From contig NC_068988.1 of the NCBI RefSeq assembly GCF_001194135.2, positions 62,222,144-62,267,863 on the forward strand: DNA of 45,720 nucleotides. Direction: 5' to 3'. This document shows, piece by piece, positions 35,790 to 45,720 of this stretch. Every line of letters starts with the position of its first letter. The stretch's first letter is position 1. This stretch comes from Octopus bimaculoides (taxonomy: Eukaryota). Position numbers and translations under genes: made by a program. The notes below the pieces were generated by a model that was not told the DNA's origin, made no database searches, and was given only the letters and a program-made list of their open reading frames with translations.

Positions 35790-38610
35790 AAGAGATTGCG
35801 TAAAAAAAAGCGATCAAAACAGATCGTGTATCACAGAACAGAGCAAAAATGTAAAAAAAGTAGATCAGATTTATCCGTGGAAAAAGAGTCTACGAAAATG
35901 ACCACGGTAACCTCAGACATGGAGGTAAAAACACATGAGAGCAACGTGCTTTCTCCCTCTTTTTGGGGTTTACAGGATCATGCTCAAAGTGGTTTCGTCA
36001 TTTACGCGTACCATCTTTGCTACATTCACTCACCTCTTCTGAATCTTTCATGGGACAAAACTTGCCTCTCTATTTTCACCATCATTTTCAAGTGGTATTT
36101 GAAACAGTTGATGAACGATTGGCCAGAGAGGTAAGTGTTTGTCTCTAAACCTTTCGGTCGAGTCCACCGCACACAATCTTTTACCATGGCCACCAGTTAA
36201 GAGAAGGTGGCGGAGCAATTTTCACGATAGATTCGGCCGAGAAACAAATTCGTCCCAGACTTGACAGCAGCCGTTCGGCATAAGTACACAGGTCCGAAAT
36301 GGTTCGTGCAGAACGGTTTCGTCGTTCTGACTGCATCTCGGGCAAGTCGGTTGCGTGTATCTCAAACCGTGCCTGTAGAGCTTATCCCGAACGGGCAATG
36401 CTTCCCGATAGCACTACCAGACCAGAGATCTCTGGTGATTGTCCATAGATCCCGGACCGAAAGTTGTCCTGAACAGGCAGGTCAGGCGCTCCTCGTCGAC
36501 GTGCAGGTTCTCCCCGAGAACGTCGTCGTACCTCCACTCTGCTAATCCTCTATAGAACGCGTTCGTGGAATTGAAGCTGCACAAGTTTGGTCCCGGACGG
36601 CACAGTTGCCTGAGAGCAAGGCGGCACTCACTGTGCTATTCTCTTAGCCTCGGTCTCTTTTTGAAACACGAATGCAGTTCGGTCACAGATGAGCTGGGGG
36701 AAATCGCGCCTCATAAATGGCCACGACACCTGTTTACCGTCGGCTATGAAGCGCCGGAGATGTCGCAGTCTCAGCGCATGTCTGCGCATCATCAACCACG
36801 GCATGCCAAGCCCGCTATTTAGAGGCTGTTGACAGCAAATAGATCGCCTAACCATCGGAACGCTTCCCTTCCACAAAAAGAGGAAGAGTATGCTTTCGAC
36901 AAGGAAAAGGCACGACGGTCAGACGGTGATCGATGACGGATGCGATGTACGCGTTCGCTACCTCCACCCGATCTTTTAGGGATAGCTTCCTCTCAGCCCA
37001 TTGCTGGATGAGTGTTGCCACCTTACTTGTTATCTCGTCCCAGTTCTTCTCCATTCGGGGGTCCGGACCGGACCAGATCCCGAGCAATTTAACCAGTCCG
37101 TCAGTCCAGCTTCCCTCGATGGAGGGTGCCGAGCCGCAAGCCCACCGACTTTCTCAGTTAATTTTCGCTCCTGTTACGGCTTCGTATTCTTTTAGCGTCT
37201 CGCCGACCAGGTCGATATGCCTGTGGCTCGAAACTATCACGATGGCGTCGTCCGCATATGAAGACACGCTCCACCCGCATCCCACTTTTCGCGTGATCCC
37301 CTCAGCGTCGCCAGCTTCCGCAGTGCTGGCTCTAGAGTCAATACGTGCAGAAGCGACGAGAGGGGACATTCTTGACGGACTGAACGCGTGACAGTAAATG
37401 ATCTGGACAGATGACCATTTATGCGAACTACCGAGCGGATGCCGCTGTATAAAGCAGCGATCCAACGTCGAAAGACAGTACCGAAACCAGCCGCTCTAAG
37501 GACAGCCTCCAAGTAGCGATGGTCGACCCTATAGAAAGGTTTCGATTGATCCAAATTAATCAACATCTCACCCATGCCAGGTTCAACTACCCTGTCTATG
37601 ATGTAGCGCATCAGATGGAGGTTGTCATGGATGCTCCTGCCCGGCACGGCGCATGTTTGCGCCTTGTATACCAGTGTCTCGATGACAAGTGCGAACCTCT
37701 AGGCTAATACCTTGGTCAAGATCTTCAAATCTGCTTTGAGCAGGGTGATGGGCCTGAAGTGATCTATGACGTTCCCCTTATTTTGATCTTTCTTTAGCAC
37801 TGCCACCCCTCCTCGCCTCACAGAAACGAGCATACTCCCTGTTTGCTGCCAGTTGCAGTATACCGCTGCCAAGGCGCCTCCAAACAAGTCTGGCATATGA
37901 GTTCATAGGGCAGACCATCTAGCTTGGCGACTTGCCTCCCGCGCAGACTACCATCGCACCCCATACGTCCGCGGCTGTGATGGGTCTTTCACAACACTCT
38001 CTTGTCGAGAGTCATGACATGTTATGCAGTTAGGCACTAAAGTTCACCCTGCGTTCTGACTCACCAGTTGTCTCGAAAAGTCGGGCAAAATGTTGTTGAA
38101 AGGCCTCACACATCCTTTCGGTCTCGAGTAATTCTGGCCCTTGATCGTCTGCTAGAGGCCTAATGGTGATTTGTTGCCACGTTGCGCCTCCACTACTCGG
38201 GCCTCTCGGACTGCTCCAGCTCCTTCGTTCGTCAGGGCATGCATCGTAGCTCTGACAATGCATCCTTCGTGTTTGGCGTTGAAGTGTTGGTCGAGGGTTA
38301 ACCTCGCTGCCAGTACGTGGGACGCGATGCCAGTTCTAAGTGTCTTTTCTGATTTCTTAATGAGGTCTCCCTCTATTCTATTTTAGTCTAATGCTAGAGC
38401 CTTACTAAACCTAATCAATTCTGCTTTAATCGGTTTCTTTAAGGCATACCACCATCTATTGTTGACGATGGCACCCGTCAATGCTCACTTAACTAATTTG
38501 CTAATCCGGTCCCTATAAGCATGGTGTGCCGTAAACGGCCCTGCCTGTGGATCTTATCTAAGTCAAACTTACAAGTCACAAATTTGTGATCTACGTAGCT
38601 GACTATATGG
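35790..38610 (-). mobile_element. 5'-truncated non-LTR retrotransposon, L1/Tx1 clade
   Basis: Minus strand gives the end of the endonuclease domain (SYVDHKFVTCKFDL), linker (RWWYALKKPIKAELIRFS), RT (GKSP..DGLPYE; FRPITLLKADLKILTKVLA; GRSIHDNL; LINLDQSKPFYRVDHRYL; RSVRQECPLS; SYADD; GAKIN; WAERKLSLKDR), a C-terminal zinc-knuckle-like TCPRCSQNDETVLH, a stop near 35970 and then a 3' UTR. The 3' boundary is approximate. Confidence 0.95.
35970..38610 (-). pseudogene. Frameshifted ORF2 (endonuclease end, reverse transcriptase, zinc knuckle) of the Tx1/L1-type LINE
   Basis: Pieces fall in different frames (track ORFs 38493-38810, 38030-38263, 37699-37896, 37237-37647, 37154-37465, 36848-37087), with many stops and small deletions. 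Confidence 0.92.
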
Positions 38611-38614
38611 TATT

Positions 38615-39019
38615 GTGTACAACATATATACACACATACATACATACATACATACATACATAGACTGAGAAACAAAGACAGATAGATAGACAGATAGACA
38701 GATAGATACATACATAATACATACATTACATACATTANNNNNNNNNNCAGATAGACAGATAGATACATACATAATACATACATTACATACATTACATACA
38801 TTACATACATGCATACATAAATACATTACATAAATACATATATACATATGAATACATAAATACATTACATAAATACATATATACATATGAATAGATGTAC
38901 ATACATGCATACGCACATAAATACATACATACATACAAACATACATGCATACATACACACATACATAAAGACAGAAAAGGAGAGAAAATAACAGAGAGAT
39001 AAAGAGCAGGAGAGAGATG

Positions 39020-39075
<56 letters not shown>
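38615..39075. repeat. Compound (CATA)/(GATA)/(CATTA..) higher-order simple repeats and (GA)n
   Basis: Directly visible; includes a ~39-bp unit repeated twice at about 38820-38895. Confidence 0.9.
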
Positions 39076-41979
39076 GAAATTCAATTTTATCTGTTTGAAA
39101 TTTACATATCTTTCTATGCATCTATATACGTGGGCATAGTGAAAAGGAAAATAAAGTGAGAGAGTGTTAAGGAGAAAAACAATGCTTCCAAAAGTCATAG
39201 ATTCATTGAAGATACGAGACATATCATTAAGTGGCGCAATATAATTGAAAGAAGATACATCATGTGGTAAACAGCAGACTTAGTCTTTGCCATTTATGAT
39301 GTCTGTCTTTGTCACACATATACACATATGTCCATATACGCACGTAACGATAATCTCCGATAATTGTCTTAACGTCGCATATGAATTTTAAAAGCAGCCA
39401 ATACGCTAATGCTTGTTTCTATTCCTATCACATAACTTTCTCACATTCAGCTTTGTAGACATATTAAGATACATAACATAGCCATTGTACATTTCTTTGT
39501 GTATTTAGTTATGTATAATACAAAGTTGCAAGTGTGTATACTATTTAATTGTCTGCTTGAATTTCAATGTCGAGAAGGCAAATGTTCTGCATTAATTTAG
39601 TCCCCGTTGCTGCACCGCATGATTCAATGTATTCCTGATTTGATCTGCCCGATTTTATTATATGGTAGAATATACTTTCGTTAGTCTGTGAGTAAAAATT
39701 GCCAGGATTTCATATTTACGTCCGTGCATGATTCTATCATAAACTAAGGATATATTTTGACCACTCTCTTAAATATTATTACAGCAATAGGAAATAACAC
39801 ATTTAATACTTCAATTATAAACAGCAAGAATATCAAAAGTCTATACATGCGTGTTGGACGGAGTGTCCTAAACGTACAAAATGTTGGAATTCAAATCACT
39901 TCTTAATCGAACATTTAATTTAGCAAAAAATAAAAGAAACCTAAATAAGAAATTCTACTCGTTAATGTCGTTGAATAATGACAAAGTAAATAATACTGCA
40001 GGTCTTACAACAGTACGTGTGCAAACTCGTCCGCACCAATGAAACAAAATCACAAACAACATAACATTTTTCAAGTACCTAATAGATGTATAAATCTCAT
40101 AAAGCAGAACACGTGCTACACTACACAAAATATCGTGGTTAGACCATATTGCGTTACGTGTGAATGGCAAATTTCCACATCAGCACAAACTACTGAACAA
40201 GAGACTAAATGTTCATCCGCCAGAGAATTACAGGCTGTTTTCGTCAGATATTCATTCATTCATGGTTAAAACAGAATGTCATAAAAATATATTTAAAACA
40301 ATTATGGATGTCTTGTAAAGAGCAAAATAAAGCAAAAACTTGTAACCGGAAACCTCTGAGATTTTAGCCGACCATTTAAAACGCTGAGTATAACACATCA
40401 TTCGAACCATACCTTTCTTTCTTCTGATGGTGACACCGAGAAAATTTCAAAACTTTGACGGCTTAAAGGTTTGGGGATTGCTTGTGATCCACTCTAAATC
40501 AGCGGGCCAGAAACGAAATACGATATATACATATACATACATAAACATACATATATATATACATATATATGTGTGTATGTGTGCGTGTATGTGTATGTGA
40601 GTGTATACATATGTCTAAAACACACATACGCATTTATATGTATGTATATACACATACAACCTATAGGTTTTGGGAATTTCAATCTCTTATAGTGATTAGG
40701 GAGTCCAACACTGGCAGTGATCAAACAGATCAATTATATTCTATCGACCCGTTTATGATGGAAAATAAATTTGTGTTTGTTGGTATTTGAATTCGGAACA
40801 TAGACAGAAGAAGTAAAATTACATTGAATCCGAAAGTTTAACAATTATACGCTTGTATACTCACTGATTATGCAATCTTGGTATACCTCAAGAAGCTTTT
40901 TATTCCTAAATAGGAACACAAATACAGAAGCACTCTTGATATTGCCAAAATTATGTTGTATTTTGGTCTTGAACAATACACCAAACACAACTATCCTCGC
41001 GATACTTTGCGATTAACTACAGATCGTCATACAATGCGAACGCGGTTTTATCTTCATCACTCCATCTAAAGTGTATAACATGATATAATATTAACTTCTC
41101 AACCCAGCAGCATTTCACAAATAAACAATAAACACGAATAATTTTCAACATGAATTTACGTAATGATATTACTAACAAATATAAATGGCGATCTAACGTC
41201 GGCTAATTTAAATTAAACATTTTAAGCTTAGAGTATAACTCATATATTAGAAATGTGCTAGCGTTGATTTCTTTCGCCTAAAAACATACGTTTTTCTCTA
41301 AATTAAATTTCCACCACACGCACAGTTTAAACATTTCATTTAGTATTTCCCTTCAGAGCACGTAGGTAATTCTGAGTTCATTCTTGTTTCGTAACACCTT
41401 AGGCAAATATTTTCAAGTTTGACCCAGGTCCGATGAATGCCCTGTAGCTGGAGTAGGGAGAGTAACTGTATAGATGTGCGTTCCGCAAACGCAAACTCAA
41501 CACACACGGGTCCACACATGGACACACACGCGTGCACACACACACACACACACACACACACANNNNNNNNNNNNNNNNNNNNNNNNNNNNNNNNNNNNNN
41601 NNNNNNNNNNNNNNNNNNNNNNNNNNNNNNNNNNNNNNNNNNNNNNNNNNNNNNNNNNNNNNNNNNNNNNNNNNNNNNNNNNNNNNNNNNNNNNNNNNNN
41701 NNNNNNNNNNNNNNNNNNNNNNNNNNNNNNNNNNNNNNNNNNNNNNNNNNNNNNNNNNNNNNNNNNNNNNNNNNNNNNNNNNNNNNNNNNNNNNNNNNNN
41801 NNNNNNNNNNNNNNNNNNNNNNNNNNNNNNNNNNNNNNNNNNNNNNNNNNNNNNNNNNNNNNNNNNNNNNNNNNNNNNNNNNNNNNNNNNNNNNNNNNNN
41901 NNNNNNNNNNNNNNNNNNNNNNNNNNNNNNNNNNNNNNNNNNNNNNNNNNNNNNNNNNNNNNNNNNNNNNNNNNNNNNN

Positions 41980-42052
<73 letters not shown>

Positions 42053-42632
42053 GCGTGTGTGTGGATGTGTGTGTGTGTGTGTATCTAAACATGCATATAT
42101 GCACGTAATTATTATGTGTGCGTTTAAGTGAATGCGTGTATATCTTTACACAAACAAGTGATTAAATACAGTATTCTGGGGTTTCACTATCTCCCACAAT
42201 ATTCTGCATTTTCTTCCCCTTTCACGAATGGTAAACCTCGAAATATTAAATCCCCTATTGTTTTTATCAATGATGTGATCATTAATTTTCTTTGTACGCA
42301 TTTCCTTGTGGTTATACATTCACTTCATTGTATTAAGTCTTTCAACGCATTTTAAATATTTTCTTGTCTTGATTTATATGTGATTTATCTGTTTGTCTTC
42401 TCCTTACATCGTAATCTTCTGTTTCTCTTTGTATGTTTTTATCAACATACACATAAGGGCACAAACGTACATACATTTTTTTTATTTATACAGACATAAT
42501 ATATATGCACACTCAGATGCATAGAAATACACACATGCATATATATATATTTATATATATATATATACATATATATACATATATATACACATGTATATAT
42601 GCATAGATATAAACACATATATATTCGTATAC

Positions 42633-42688
<56 letters not shown>

Positions 42689-44518
42689 TTGTTGCACAAT
42701 AGAGTAATTACTTTTTCCATCAGAAAGTTCTAGATCTACATTTCTTGAATGTTTATTTCAACAGTTTCCCTATATCTTCGTCTATACTTTAAGAAATATC
42801 GTTAATAGCAATCTCTATCACAAGGACATAAAATCTGTCTTCGACTAGATTACAGTTATTATTGCATTCTGGCTCTACAAATAGCCGTCTTGACCTTTCC
42901 TTCTGCAGTAGAATGGTTATTCATTTATATTATCCATTACTGTTGCACTCGAAACCGTATTCTCAAGTTATAAGTAGCTATTGGATTAATGTATATTATA
43001 AGATGTAAAGTGAATTTGCCTAGCATTATATTTCAAAATCACTTTATGGATGTCAGCATCTAGGTACCATTTGCATGCTAAGTAATCTTAACATTAGTTC
43101 CGTCGTAACCGTCACACACAAGCCTACCTCACTACCATATTACCGAAACTAACAACATAAACTACTAATACAATATTACAAATGCCCCCTTCCATAACCA
43201 ATAATTCCATTACTATCACAGTCTTCGCTGTTAATACATTAAAGTGTATTAATCGCATTCTGAACCCCATCCCCTCTTTCTTATTAAGAACACAATTTTA
43301 ACTCGATCATCATTTTAGACCGATTTATTACATTCATGTTCCAAATGGCATAAAGCTCGTTCAATTTTTACTAGAGATCGTCGTCAAAGTTGGAAATGTC
43401 TAAAGATGCTCGCTTTCATCTTAGAATGACCTCTGAGATAATTTGCTAACCCATATCGAAGAATAATTGTTTGATTTCAGCAATATCCGATCTGATATAA
43501 GTATCTGGAAGTAGGTGGATTCGTACAATATCTTAAAGCCTTCGCATAAATATAATGTTATTAATACTTCAATATTTCAGCACTATATTTATGATGATGA
43601 AAAATGCTTTGGAAATCATGACCTAAATTCGACTTCTCCTAGGTATGCATTTTGTACATAGAGTCCGTTTTACATCAAACCCAATAAAAATAATAATTTT
43701 GAAAGCAATATTATTTAAATTACATACATTTCAGGAATCAGATTTATGATAATCTTTTTGTATTATAGCTTCGATACTGCTCATAATAACAATAGTTACG
43801 TTCGTATGAAGATAAACAGGGAGTGAAAGTTCGGCAGCTGAATAGAACAATTTATTTCATGAAAGATAAATGATAGTAGACAGAATGTGATATAATATTC
43901 ATTCTTACGACAAGCAAAAGATATACATATGGATTTGATTGGTTCCTCGGAGAATAAGAGTACAAAATTTTGAGGTTTAATATGATCATTAAAACGAGTT
44001 TCTATGATGTATGAACACAGACGACAGACAACCCCACACTTGCAGAGTCAGACATGAATAAATATATACAAATAAAAATAAACATTTACAAATAAAAATT
44101 CAAAGCGACTCTCACTGCACTTTCAACTTCCTATATATATATATTCAAATCTAATTAAAGGATAAGATCATTAAATATTATATCAGTGGCCAGCATATAA
44201 AATAGACCAATTTAGGTAAATGCATACATAGAGAATTATAATTGTATTATAGTGGGTATGCTTGAATATTTGATTTCTTTCGCACAGTATGTTTTGCTGA
44301 TGAAGGAAAAGTTATTAAACAAATCCACAAATTTGTCAATCCAAAGCTGTTTGAATTATTTTATGAATTTCTGTCATTCTTCTTCGCTTTCAGCATGTGT
44401 AAATTATAAAGTGATGATTCGAAGTGGTTTGGCGAATTTAGCGTCTATCTTCAGCATATAGGCATAGAAGATTATGTGCCCTTAATTATAAGTGTATTTC
44501 ATGCTATTAAATCTCTCT

Positions 44519-44572
<54 letters not shown>

Positions 44573-45244
44573 TGGTCTAGAGATACATTCGCAACGTTAT
44601 ACAATATGTCGTATTAAATGCTTCCAATAATTATGATTATATTGAAAACCAAGTGTAAGACGTATATCGAAAAGTTGCAGATCTATCTATTTTTGAAAGG
44701 ATTGATCAGAGAAAGAAAGACAGTGCCAAAGTTCTGTTTCGAAGACTGCGAGATAGATAGAAGAATTACTTGACATAGCTTAAGATGAAACGAAGATCTA
44801 ACTTCAATTTGCGAAACCAAATTATTTGTTACGTCTTTCCTGCTGCTAGTCGTGGTTATTATTATATTTTATAGCTGGTATATTTGTTTCAATGTTTCTT
44901 TATATTTAATTACTTGTCACGTAGATATCTTCTTTGCTGGATAGCGTCCTATCCATCTCTACTGAGCAAACGATTGACAAACAGCTTTCCAAACGCGTCT
45001 TCCATTTATTTAGTCCATGCCTTGGATAAAATTATCTAACGTATACTTCTATTTCAAAAGGGTACGATTTCATTTGCAGGTAATTTACCTTGATATTGAT
45101 TATTGAGTTAGCGGATCAATCGAAAACATTATCAAACGTCGCTTCACTTTATTTCTGATCTAAGAAACTGTAGAGAATGTAGACATATACGAATCGTGTT
45201 AAGTGAAGAATTTAAAACAGCTGTAAAAATATTAGATTATTATG

Positions 45245-45246
45245 GA

Positions 45247-45320
<74 letters not shown>

Positions 45321-45397
45321 CTCTCTCAGACACGCATACATACAGAAATTCACAAACATTTACACACATGTGTATAAGAATATATCTATCTCTCTCT

Positions 45398-45461
<64 letters not shown>

Positions 45462-45597
45462 ATATTTATCTATCTATCTATCTACCTATCTATGTGTGTG
45501 TGTAAGTATGTGTGCGTGCGTGTGTGTATGTGTGTGTGTATGTGTGTGTATGTGTATGTGTGTGTGTGTGTGTATGTGTGTGTGTGTGTGTGTGTGT
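45245..45597. repeat. Compound (CT)n, (CTAT)n and (TG)n arrays
   Basis: Directly visible. Confidence 0.95.
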
Positions 45598-45720
45598 AAC
45601 AAAGTAAAGTTGCAAGGTACATACCAGTGACAATATATAGGAAAGAGGATTTGAAAATGCACAGGTCTTTTAAAGATGTTTATTGACTTGACCGGTTTCA
45701 TACATATACATATTATATAT

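Noticed and set aside
36261-37707. Several plus-strand ORFs of 60-152 aa
   Set aside because: They are antisense shadows of the GC-richer LINE ORF2.
38690-38800. Repeat unit duplicated on both sides of the 10-N gap
   Set aside because: Most likely an unmerged contig overlap (assembly artefact).
39548-39600. CLLEFQCREGKC, resembling the start of an LDL-receptor class A repeat
   Set aside because: A stop follows within four codons, the acidic C-terminal motif is absent and there are no suitable splice sites; likely chance.

Overview
AT-rich, microsatellite-saturated eukaryotic DNA. The SINE families, Tx1/L1-type LINE and mariner remnants match what I recall of Octopus (coleoid cephalopod) genomes; this assignment is an inference. 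Eleven N-gaps total about 3.7 kb and mostly abut simple repeats. I could not identify any intact, recognisable host protein-coding gene: most listed ORFs are translations of microsatellites or gaps, or antisense reads of transposons. Supported content: a 5'-truncated, frameshifted Tx1/L1-clade LINE (minus strand, ~35.8-38.6 kb); three decayed Tc1/mariner remnants; at least three tRNA-type SINE families, including one full-length copy with a 13-bp target-site duplication; three Penelope-like terminal fragments carrying degenerate minimal hammerhead-ribozyme motifs; a ~360-bp foldback (MITE-like) element with a second half-copy 14.5 kb away; a possible 5S-derived SINE remnant; and many di-, tri- and tetranucleotide arrays. 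Several short segments look like spliced exons on either strand but are unverified. No CRISPR array, rRNA gene or genuine tRNA gene was seen, and I found no solid evidence of a wholly new biological system.
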